DNA of 64,000 nt from Takakia lepidozioides (lineage: Eukaryota; Plantae; Bryophyta). This document shows, piece after piece, positions 53,556 to 64,000 of this stretch (positions are counted from its first letter, which is position 1; each line of letters begins with the position of its first letter). The DNA lies in assembly GCA_030704615.1 (NCBI GenBank), contig CM060733.1, positions 39,680,001 through 39,744,000 on the forward strand. Reading direction: 5' to 3'. The position numbers and the translations under genes are program-made. The notes beneath the pieces are model-generated. The model worked only from the letters and a program-made list of their open reading frames with translations. It had not been told where the DNA came from and made no database searches.

Positions 53556-54357
53556 CTGTATACATGCCAAACATGAATAAGCACTGCTTTTTTCACAAAC
53601 GTTCCGGCAAATTGAAGCAAAAGCAGCACCATTAATGTTTCAACCACAGGGGGCTGCTATTTCATGAGCCATGAGCCATGAGCGGCATGAGCCATGAGCA
53701 GAGTCGTAAGTGTCGAAAAAAACATGAGCAGGACTATTTTCCGGAAATGAGTGTCCGCGGGAATAGGGTTTAGGGTGTCACGGTCATAGGGGGAGAAGGA
53801 CCTCCCGATGAAGGAGGTTCAGCAATGTTTTTTAGAATTACATATTGAAAGGCAATGTTTTGCGAATGGTAGGGTGGTATTGAGAAGTGGAAGAGCAGTG
53901 CGGGCTCCAATAATGGAGCATCTGGGTCCCACGTACCCACCAATCATCGTGTAACGTGTTCATCACACCAGCGATGGATGAACCGATACCTCTTTCTCAT
54001 CCACGGGGTATAGTTTGAAATCTGCCACCGAAGTCCATCCCCCGGATGGAAATTCGGCGCCGCATTTACATCGAAGGGGGGATGGACTTCGTCGTCTCGA
54101 GTGGCTATAGGCCCACCTGGCACTTACTGCCCATAGTTTGCATGGCAGGGAAGGAAACTGAAACGGCTACATTCATGGAGCAGCCAATCTTCATCCGTGC
54201 AGGTTCCTGTAGGGGGGAAATTTAAATGTGCCCTGGAGTGTTTGTGAGGAATTGCAGCGTTTGCTTGAACTTCTTCCAGCCACCGCACTGCTCTTTTTCA
54301 AGGATGTCGTGCCGTTGAAATCCTGCTGACTGCCCTTATCATGGCCATGATTATGCT

Positions 54358-54882
54358 ATGTTCAAACCAGAATCAGGAGACATCATTGTCCGGCTCTTTG
54401 TTTTCACAGACGCTTCTGGAATCAAGCGGGAGTCTTTGCGCGCAATGGAGTATTTGGAGGGCTATTACCGCTTTGAGCGAGGTGAGGGCGAGGGTCAATG
54501 CAGTCCGTGGGTCCTGAAAATTGTTGACCTCAATATACCAAGGTGGAATGGGATGCCGGACAGATCACGCACGGCCTCACTTTGGCGCTGGAACTGCTGC
54601 CAGTGGACCAGGGAGGACGGCACCGGGGAAAACTATATTCGTGGAGTTCACTCCGCTCTTCCAGTGTATGGAGACATTCGGCTGAGTTGCGAAGACGAAT
54701 CGCACGGGCACATGAGGCCCACAATGACCTTGTCAATGTATGATGGTGGTATGATTGATGGGCATGACATTGTCGTCAGCTCCACCAAGGGCACTAGATC
54801 GACCGCATTGCAGTTTACCTCGAGGTGCCGCATCAGTAATGAGCTTGTTTTGAGGGCTATCGAAGTTCCGTCGACTTGGTGA
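54358..54882 (+). CDS. Hypothetical 174-aa protein within the palindrome-bearing region
   Basis: ATG-initiated open frame with globular composition; no recognised motif. Confidence 0.4.
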   Translation: MFKPESGDIIVRLFVFTDASGIKRESLRAMEYLEGYYRFERGEGEGQCSPWVLKIVDLNIPRWNGMPDRSRTASLWRWNCCQWTREDGTGENYIRGVHSALPVYGDIRLSCEDESHGHMRPTMTLSMYDGGMIDGHDIVVSSTKGTRSTALQFTSRCRISNELVLRAIEVPSTW

Positions 54883-55158
54883 CGCCCATGTAGAAGGAGG
54901 AAGGGCTTAGATTTGTCTGGAGTTGCTAAATGTGAGACACCGTGTTCGATCAATAAAACAACCCATCGTACCTCACTTCTGTTTGCTTGTGTTTCATCGT
55001 GTTCAAGAACTGCCGTAATTGGCCCACTGTTTACAATTTGTGGTCTCATTTCTACAATGTGTCTGTCCATATGAATATACCAGAGTCAGCGATATCAGAG
55101 TCCTGAGGTGAAGGAAATCCATATATGAGTAAAAGGAAACATGTACACGCCGAAGCTC

Positions 55159-56160
55159 GGAAATTCGGCACCGCATTTCATTTTTCTCCATGCAGCGATT
55201 TCTGGCAGCTCCCTTTCCTCCGTTGTCGTCGTAACGGAAATGCTGTACAACATTTCATTTCCTGACATGGCATTACCATACTTCGAATTGGAAATGCGGC
55301 GCCGCATTTCCATATTGGACCTTGAATTGTCCGAGCATGTCCAGTCGCTAATGCTTGTCCATGTCCATACTTGAAATGCGGCACCGCATTTCCATGTCCG
55401 TCATCAAAATTTCGTACCGGACAATGAAATGCGGCACCGCATTTCCGGAGAGCACAATGGAATGCGGTGTCGCATTTCCGTCGAAGGGTCTGGAATTGGA
55501 CAAACAACGATGTCCGTTCTGGAAATGCGGCACCGCATTTCCATGTCCGTCATCAAAATTTCGTATTGGACAATGGAATGCGGTGCCGCATTTCCATCCA
55601 ACAAGACGGAATACCCACACGGGTCTGGAATTGGACAAACAACGATGTCTGTTTTGGAAATGCGGCGCCGCATTTCCATGTTTGGCAATCGAAAGTTTTT
55701 ATAGGACAATGTAATGCGGTGCCGCATTTCCGTCAAAGGGTCTGGAATTGGACAAACAACGATGTCCGTTTTGGAAATGCGGCGCCGCATTTCCATGTAC
55801 GTCATCGAAATTTCTTATTGGACAATGGAATGCGGTGCCGCATTCCCGTCTAGCATCATGGAATGGGGAGCCGCATTTCCGTCGATGGGTCTGTAGTTGG
55901 AAAAATGTCCATCTCCAAAATGTAAATGCGGCACCGCATTTCCATGTTCGACCTCCGCATTTCCATGTACCTCCATGGAAGGAGCTGGCAATCGGCAAAA
56001 TTGCCGTGTCGGAAACGGGGCCGAACAGTTTCTGATGTCCAAACCATGAAACGGAAAATTGTTCTTGCCCCGGTTTTGGAAATGCGGTGCCGCATTTCCA
56101 AAAGAGGTTTTTGCAGTTGCCACATTCGTTCCGACATTGAAATGCGGTGCCGCATTTCCG
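55159..56160. repeat. Left array of the 22-bp palindrome GGAAATGCGGYRCCGCATTTCC (~16 copies)
   Basis: Copies at about 55159, 55290, 55372, 55425, 55458, 55521, 55574, 55656, 55710, 55773, 55826, 55859, 55922, 56078, 56139, with recurring spacers. Confidence 0.95.
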
Positions 56161-56295
56161 ATTTCGGGAGGGACTAGGTTTGGACGATGTTGTCGTTGAG
56201 AAGCACATGGGAGAGGGGACATGAAGGTCGGGGAGAATTTCCTTTATATACTCTGGAATAGAATTTAAATGTACAGAGAGTTCATTAAAATTCTA

Positions 56296-59200
56296 TTAAT
56301 CTTGAAAATCATCACTATCGTCGTCATGTCCTTGACTGTCCTGCTCCGCCTCCACCCCGTCATTGCCTTTCTCATCGTCATCATCTCCAACGGACTGCTC
56401 GTTGGCCAGGCTTTCAAAAATCCCATCTGCACCTTGCGGAACCGACCATCTCACCTCCGTTGGCTCGTCGTCCTCCCTGTCTGCATCGCTCTCATCCGCT
56501 GAATCACATATGAACTTTCGCACCCGTCTACCTGTCTCAGCTGTTGCCAACTCTTTCCTTATCCTTTTGTCCTCCCTAGCTTTCTCCAAAATCTGCTCTA
56601 CTTTACTGGGATTCTCACATCTTCTAATCGCTGTATTTGCGAGTTTAGCTGCATAACTAGGAAGGGAGTAGTCCTTCACCGGGCTCGTCATGAAGTCGCC
56701 CCTCGCAAAGAACGGGACATTCTTCCTGGCAGGAAGTGTAGGCCCTACATGTTTCGACCCGGATCCTGGAATCCTACACATAACAATCACCAACAAGACC
56801 AATGAGAACCACAGTCCGGAAATGCGTTTGACAAAAAATCACCCAGAAGGCTTTGCAAACTTACAATATTTACACTCACTCATATTCCGGGTTCTCCTCG
56901 GCATCAATGTCCACTGTCTCTTCCTCCGACTCCGACGAATCCGAGGAGTCTTTGGCTTCGATGGGAGCCTTCACATTCCGTTGCAGCCCTTCCAGATGGG
57001 ATCCCCAGACGGATGTGTCCTCCTCGTAGGCAAAGAGGTGCCGGTCGGAAAACCGCCCAGCCCACATTGAGGCACCTGTTACAATGCCATCCACACATTA
57101 TGACATGGCCCTTCAGATGTTGCGAATTAAAGCATAACGAGAATTTGCAGAACAGCATAGAACAAGATTCTGCATACCTGTCCCACATATGAGGTCGAGC
57201 ACTGTGCCCTCCACGTCAGTGCATGTCTCCATAATTGTCTAAATGAAGGCAGGGCTCCGAGTCCGTGAATACCGCAGGGGTTCAGTTGAAGTGAGGCTAT
57301 TAGGGAGAAGTTCCGTGGGAACGTTGTTGAACAGGATGTCGTAATCGATGGGGTCGCAGTTCGGGTCAACCAACAATCCCTCCTTCCGGAAAGCAAAGGT
57401 GGAGTTCTTCTTCACAAAGCAGTATGCATCGAACTGCTTTGTCTGCATACACAGTGGGGAACGATTAGAAATCGAATGCGGCACCGCATTTCAAAACTCC
57501 TAAGAAAATGAAAGGACGAGTGCCAATGTCGTAATTACCTTCTTCCCTTCCGACCGAAGGCCCAATGTGTTGATGCACGTCCACTTCTTCTTCAGAATTG
57601 GGACGGCGCTCTTGCGGGTCCACTTCGCAATTCCCGTCTGCGTGTTTTTGCCTCTGCTCGCCAGGACAACCACACAGCCTCTGTCGTCCAACACCATGCG
57701 GGCGAGCCCGAATCCTTTCTTCCAAAAGTCCTCGGAGTACCTGTTCCAAGATGGCAAAGCTTGCAGTCCTTCCACAGGCTCTCCGTCCGGAATATCCAAG
57801 ATGATCATATCGCAAGACCACTCGGTGGCATTTCCGCCCCTCCTGCAATCCTTGTCTGCACACACCCTCTCAAAGAACAAGACCATCTTCAGAAACCCAG
57901 GGGTGTCGGAAGGCTCTTCGACAGCCGTCTTCTTCAGTGCTCTGCCCTTCAGACCCTCCATGGTCTTCATGTATGCCAACTTGGCTGCCCGTCCATCCAA
58001 AGCCGCCAAGAAACTCTCATTTACACACTGGACTACTGTATCGGGATCCACTTTCGGCCTCTTCATTTCCACCGGCTCGAAAGGGTGCCCCCCCGGGGGG
58101 TTGAAGAGTGCCTTATTTGCCGAGCCAGTTCTCGTCCCTCTCGTAGCAACGGTGGGCACAGGGGATTTCGGCTGCGTTTCGGGGGGAGGGCTGGTTGCAA
58201 AGTCTCAATCGGAGTCCTCTTCCTCACCCTCTTCCTGCACTATCTGTTTCTGCTTCTTCGTTTTCTTGGGTGTTACAACTGCTGCTCCTTGCTGGCGAGT
58301 CCGCTTCTTCGACCCCTTCTGTTGAGCCTGCACAGCTGCATCCACCGTCTTCTGTGCCATCTCAGCTGCCTTTTTGGATTGTTCCAGAGCAGCAGCTTCC
58401 TTTGCCGACTCTGGCCGAGCAGGCACACATCTTTCCTTTCTCTTCTCTTCTGCTTTCGCGTGCAGATCTTTCTCAGACTCGTCAACAATTCCGCTAGACA
58501 TGTCCAGGTACCACGGGCATCCAACCAGATGCGCGACATGCCATTGTTTCTGCATCTCGGGTGTGTAGACACAGCTTGGGCCCGCCACAGTCCAAGCCAT
58601 GAAGAACGGGGGCTCTTGAGCCAGGGCCCCTGTCTGAAGAAGCACGTATTTCATATACCTGCAGGGCAGTCAGCATGCGTGAGCAAAAGTTAAGACCAAC
58701 GTACTGGCAGAGTGCAACCGAAAACTTAAAATGCGAATGCGGTGCCGCATTTCCCGGACAAACCTCATAACCAGGCTTCGTATACAAGAACAGCTGGGCT
58801 TCACCTGTAAACAATTCGCATTGCAGCTTTTCCCGCTCCCTCCTGATGTATAAACTCCACGCTCCTTCTTGATGTTTGCAGCTCCCTGGCGAAGAGGTTG
58901 TCCTTGTACGCACATCTGAAACGTGTCACGTAGTCTTCCAATGTCTGTGTTCCATCCCATTTGACGTACAAGCCGAACGAATTTGTATGCATTACGACTT
59001 GCTCCTTCAAATTCGTCATTACCTGCGATTCCCACATGCATTGTCACGTAGCAGTTCAGGGAATTCATTTCAGAAAAGCAAATCTGGGGAAGTACCTTGA
59101 ATTACCTGGAACCACCAAGTCAAGCGGTTGAGCCACACATCCACTGCAGGGTCGGAAACTTCGAGTGGAAAAGACCACATTGTCCTTATACTCTCCGATG

Positions 59201-61601
59201 CATTCCAGATCGACAGCCACCGTGTCTGCCATTTCCGATCCAATGTCAGGAGCAGGAAGAAGAGTGGCTATTGCTAGGAAGGAACTTCAGTGCATTGAAA
59301 CCTCACCTTCTCTTTCGCCTCAACACATGTCGTTGAGAGGTGACGCAGTTTCTCCAACTGCATGGTCAGCTGCATGGCCCGAGAATAGTGTTTTGCAATC
59401 TCGGGGATGAAGTCCTTTCCAAGTGTCGGATCTGCAATGGCCACCAGCTTCACAAGCTTTGACTTGTATTTTGTTCTGGACTTGACCCCGGATTCCTTCA
59501 AGTGCTCAGTCAATGACTGCAACGTTTTGACCTGCCCCTCACTTTCCATGAAGAAGCGTTTGGCATGGGCCAAATCTAGCTTGATGTTTGACTGCCAACA
59601 AAAACATGCAGAAGCATTACATTCGATTCATGTGGAAAGATTACTGAAAATTGGGGAAAGATGAGCAGAGGGAAATGGGAGGACGACTTACTTCGTATAT
59701 CACCTCCACCATTCCATCCATAGTGAGACGATACCATGTCCGGTCAGTTTTTGCAACGGCTTTCTGAATGAGCTCGGGCTCCAGCATTTCCGCAAACATG
59801 TGCGGATCAGTGAGACCAGTTTTTCTCACCCTATACAGCATATGTGCCATGTGGGTATGCACGTACACATTTTCAGTGACCCTGCAAGGCACACTCTCCA
59901 GTTCAGTCCATGGAAGCACGGAAACAAAACAGATTGGAAACCAAAATGCGGCACCGCATTTCGAACGTGCTTGGGAGGGTATGAGTATCTTACGAGTTGA
60001 GGTCCGCCATGGCATTCTTGAGCAGGGAGGAGTCTGCCGCCTTCACCTTGAGGATGACACACTCCACCATGTAATGCCAGCCAATGTGCTTGGCATGGTT
60101 CTGCTTGATGTACTCCCACCAGGCAAGAAGTCGGTGATTCCCGTCCCACACAAAGAACATTTTACCCGACATATGGCCGAAGTCTGGATCACCCTTCAGC
60201 GTTGCCTCGAATTCGTCGTTGCGAGTGTGCCAGTGGGTATCCCATGTTGACAATTCATCCGCAGTGGGTCCACGAGATTCGCCGTCCTCATTCTCAAGGG
60301 AAACGTAGAAGGTTGGCGAACCTAGACGGTACCCTTCTCGAAATGCAAACTTGAGCTTATCCACATCTCCGGGAAGTGTCTGCCTAACAATGGGAAGGGA
60401 GACCATGCGAGAGAGTGGGATTCAAAGAGTCCGCTGGAATACCCTGCTGCCCAGAACTCTGCCAATGCTACTGTGTGTCTCCTCCAACATTGTATCCGCT
60501 GCACTTTGGAATTCCTCCGGAGACATTTCTGCTGGTGGTGGTAGGGGTTGAGAAGCTGGAGCATCCAACTGGAGCTGCACTCTGGGGAATCTTTGCGGGC
60601 AATTCTGCAATTGCAGAGGCCTCCTCCGGGCCTGCAGTATTCTGAAGATCTTCCTCAACGGTGGTCAGGTCTTGCTGCGAATGTTGAGCGGCAGCACCCT
60701 CCTCCAGTACCAGATCGACGAAATCGGTCGGTCCCATTGCCTTCACTGCAGCAGAGACGCCCCCAACATCACCAGGCTGGAAATCAAGCAGGAACTGGGC
60801 TTCAGCTCGTGGAATCGGTTTTGCGGGAGACTGCTCCGCCCTCCCCGTGATTGCCTTGTGCTTCCTCATTCTTGCAGGTGAAGGTGTCTGTTGCAATTGA
60901 ATCTGCTTCATTCGTCTGGGTGGGGGGGAAACGGCCTGGTCCGGTTCAGAAACAAGTTGAAGGACGGGCTGCTTCTTCTTCGTCTTTGCTGGAGAAGGGC
61001 TAGACCCCTGCTGGCGATTCTCCATGACCTTTGAACGCGAGTCGCTCTCTAGGGCTTGGAACTGCAAAGACTTGCTCTTCGAAGCCGCGTCCTTGAAACG
61101 CACAGGGCTAGGCCCGGCAGGAAGACCCGTGCTCGTGGATCGGCTGGGTATGCGTGCTGCAGCTAGCTCCACAGACTCTGCCTGCACCTCTTTGGATTCC
61201 TGCGATCCCTCCAGCACGTCCACCTTTCCGGTTAGGCATGCAAACATCTTCTGCAGTCAAGTCTCCTAGCATACAATCGAAGAATTGCAGAAGAAAAATG
61301 AGGGGGGTTTCGGTGCTCGATCAGCTCCCGAATCCCGATTGCACGGAGCTCTCACTGGTGGCTGGGTTGCCTGCGTGGCCTGATGCTGCGAGATGGCAAT
61401 CTCCTCCTGTAGGCGCATATGCTTCCTCTCCTTCGGCATTGGCCTACGTCCGAAGTACAATTTTCGGAGCTTGCGACGATGTCTCTTCTCTGGTGCACGC
61501 ACTCCCTCCCTCTCAGGTTCGAGCATAAGAAGAACAGAGAGAGGGAAAAGGGGCGAAGAATGCAGATGGAAATGACGCGAGAGGGGTGTCTGAGTAGACA
61601 C
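56296..61601 (-). pseudogene. Multi-exon ParB-like domain + beta-class amino (N4C/N6A) DNA methyltransferase fusion; this copy is disabled
   Basis: ParB/Srx-like IPLSRM..FFVWDGNHRLLAW (59994-60420). MTase motif IV region CDMIILDIPDG..ARMVLDDRGCVVV (57660-57815). Motif X/I EGTVLDLICGT-GASMWAGRFSDRHLFAYEED spliced across the 57076-57178 intron. Acidic tail. In-frame stops at 60422, 58205 and 57239, and a frameshift near 60580. Confidence 0.8.
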
Positions 61602-61876
61602 GACAAAAGAAGATGAAACGGCGGTGATGCACCACTTGGGTTCGAAAAGCTTGGACGAAAGTGTCTCCTCGTGGACTTTGCATCATTACGAAATTTCAAT
61701 CGTCAAGGGCACGCCTGCCATCCGAAAAACAAACAACATTATCCAACGGTCAGGCCGCGCCGCCTCGTGCCACTTCAGTCAGATAGAGTGCAGATATGTG
61801 CCGCAATTCCGTTGCTCCACGTGTTCACATTTCATGGCATTTCCGTCCCAACGTCTGATGAGTTGGAGTGAAAATA

Positions 61877-63076
61877 CAAATGCGGCGCCGCATTTCCGTC
61901 AAGTACCATCCCGAAGCTACACATACCGTACTTGTTGGACGAAAATGCGGCACCGCATTTCCGTTCCACCTTCACAAACCTTAGTTGTTGAACGGAAATG
62001 TGGTGCCGCATTTCCGGTCTGGAGAGTATGAAGGTCTCAAACGGACGGAAATGCGGTGCAGCATTTCCGTCCCTCCGCTCCATGCCTCAGATACAAAACG
62101 GAAATGCGGCGCCGCATTTCCGTTCGAGTATGTCGGAAGTTGCGACTCGGACGGAAATGCGGTGCCGCATTTCAGTTCCCGTTGTTCATAATTCTCAATC
62201 AGAACGGAAATGCGGTACCGCATTTCCGTTCTGGAGAGTATGAAGGTCTTAACCGGTCGGAAATGCGGTGCAGCATTTCCGTCCCTCGGCTCCATGCCTC
62301 AGATACAAAACGGAAATGCGGCGCCGCATTTCCGTTCTGGAATGTCGGAAGGTGCGACTCGGACGGAAATACGGTGCCGCATTTCAGTTCCGATGGTTCA
62401 CGATTTTAAGTCAGAACGGAAATGCAGTACCGCATTTCCGTTCTGCAAAGTATGAAGGTCTCAAATGGACGGAAATGCGGTACAACATTTCCGTCCCTCC
62501 GCTCCATGCCTCAGATACAAAATGGAAATGCGGCGCCGCATTTCCATTCTGGAATGTCGGAAGGTGGCATTCGGACGGAAATGCGGTGCCGCATTTCAAT
62601 TCCGATGGTTCACGATTTTCAGTCAGAATGGAAATGTGGTACCGCATTCCCGATCTGGAGAGTATGAAGGTCTCAAACGGACAGAAATGCGGTGCAGCAT
62701 TTCCGTCCCTCCGCTCCATGCGTCAGATACAAATCGGAAATGCGGCGCCGCATTTCCGTTCTGGTATGTCGGAAGGTGCGACTCGGACGGAAATGCGGTG
62801 CCGCATTTCAGTTCCCGTTGTTCATAATTCTCAATGAGAACGGAAATGCGGTACCGAATTTCCGTTCCACCTTCACACACCGTACTTGTTGGATGGAAAT
62901 GCGGCACCGCATTTCCGTTCTGGAGAGTATAAAGGTTTCCCCCGGACGGAAACTCGGTGCCGCATTTCCATCGCACTGGTGCATGACTAAGATGCAAAAT
63001 GGAAATGCGGCGCCGTATTTCCGTCCAACAGCAATCGAAAGTATCACTCCGGACGGAAATGTGGAACCTCATTTCT
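61877..63076. repeat. Right array: 22-bp palindrome + 31-bp spacer (53-bp period), with a 212-bp higher-order repeat
   Basis: 21 copies at exactly 61941+53n up to 63001, plus flanking copies at 61877 and 63055. Four spacer types cycle about four times. Confidence 0.96.
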
Positions 63077-63241
63077 GCATGCGGAACCTCAATGGGTTGC
63101 ATTGTTCCGAAACAACACAATTGCGGCCTGTCTTAATGAGCACAACTTGGTTGTCTGACCGTTTTAACTAACAGTCCTGGCACTTGTCGGTGCGAACGTT
63201 CATGTCTGCACCGAGAATACTGCTGGATCCACCCTCAGGAG

Positions 63242-63823
63242 ATGTTATTTCGTCGCCGAATTGGCCATCATTGTCATACTTACTGGATATGGAATCACAC
63301 CTCCCACCTTCATGCATGTAGCTTGAAACAATACTTTCCACTCCTAAACCCTTCCAATCGTCGATGGACTCCGCAGATCCACTTACATGGTGCCTGTGAG
63401 CCTTGGTCTGTCGCTATACTGAACCAGGCACTTGCCAACTTCGTGCGGTCTTCGATGGCTCCAAATTCCTACGCTATAGTTTGCTGTCCTCTGCAACTTG
63501 GGAGAGCCTGGATCCCAAACAAGTTAGGACTTTGCAGAGTGACTGCAACTTACATTTGTTCCAAATTCAAGCTCAAACCGGGCACAGTTTATTTGGAAGA
63601 AGAAAGGAAGGATGTTCCTGGACAGGTTGACGAGACCATTGTCGTGCTAGGTAACGACGGAGGTTGCGGAATCGAATGGCACGTACCCCCATCAGACACC
63701 ATCTTGTATCGAGTTGTGGGAATGCCCATTCCCTTTTCTGAATCAGTCGCTGCCCACACCATCCACAAAGGAGTCGGGAAACCGACTGGCGGCCACTGCC
63801 AACAGAGAGGTATGCAACGATAA
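63242..63823 (+). CDS. Hypothetical protein divergent from the ParB-MTase gene (likely first exon)
   Basis: 193-aa ORF ending just after a plausible donor (AG|GTATGC near 63810); no confident domain. Confidence 0.4.
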   Translation: MLFRRRIGHHCHTYWIWNHTSHLHACSLKQYFPLLNPSNRRWTPQIHLHGACEPWSVAILNQALANFVRSSMAPNSYAIVCCPLQLGRAWIPNKLGLCRVTATYICSKFKLKPGTVYLEEERKDVPGQVDETIVVLGNDGGCGIEWHVPPSDTILYRVVGMPIPFSESVAAHTIHKGVGKPTGGHCQQRGMQR

Positions 63824-64000
63824 TCATTCCCAACCTGGACTGTCAAGACCCTCCATAGCTTCTCGTGTGGATGTATGCAACATTTCTGACGAGGAAGATG
63901 AGTGCATTGAGGTCCCCATGTCGTCCACACGGTCGTTCAAATCCGACATGGACGTCTCTGCAGGTGCTACGCATGTACCCTCGAGCATAACTCCAACCCG

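Noticed and set aside
53764-53775. Telomeric repeat TAGGGTTTAGGG
   Set aside because: Under two units; at most a telo-box, not a telomere array.
55095-56222. Many ORFs with EMRRRIS/KCGAAF/GNAAPHF repeats (also 61.8-63.1 kb)
   Set aside because: These are translations of the palindrome in all six frames; a 53-bp period is not frame-preserving.
57567-58693. Long plus-strand ORFs (252 and 310 aa) and other antisense ORFs over PPR/LINE genes
   Set aside because: Shadow frames of the recognisable opposite-strand coding sequences.
61877-63076. True CRISPR array
   Set aside because: Spacers recur in a 212-bp higher-order cycle, no cas genes are present, the context is eukaryotic and intron-containing, and the motif also occurs singly in introns.

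Overview
Nuclear DNA of a land plant, probably a non-flowering lineage (inferred from the moss/hornwort-style PLS-DYW PPR genes). Three zones. (1) 1-31 kb: a decayed cluster of PLS-E-DYW RNA-editing PPR genes and LINE copies. One PPR gene is split by a 19.4-kb DNA transposon (4739-24119) with about 330-380 bp TIRs and a 6-bp TSD (GACGTG). The element encodes an IS3EU-type DDE transposase plus cargo: a HECT E3 ligase, a Zn-finger/acidic protein, ~99-bp repeat blocks and a nested LINE. (2) 32-50 kb: host genes (RPL22, a small coiled-coil protein, EXO1 relics, thioredoxin-like 3-3, TSPO, one intact PPR-DYW editing factor). (3) 50-64 kb: an LTR relic, an AT-rich tract with a captured TPP2 exon, and the most unusual locus. 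This is a multi-exon gene fusing a ParB-like (DGNHR) domain to a prokaryote-type beta-class amino (N4C/N6A) DNA methyltransferase. It is bracketed by arrays of a 22-bp palindrome (GGAAATGCGG-YR-CCGCATTTCC) spaced at near-integral helical turns, with single copies inside three of its introns. All calls are by eye; no database searches were run.
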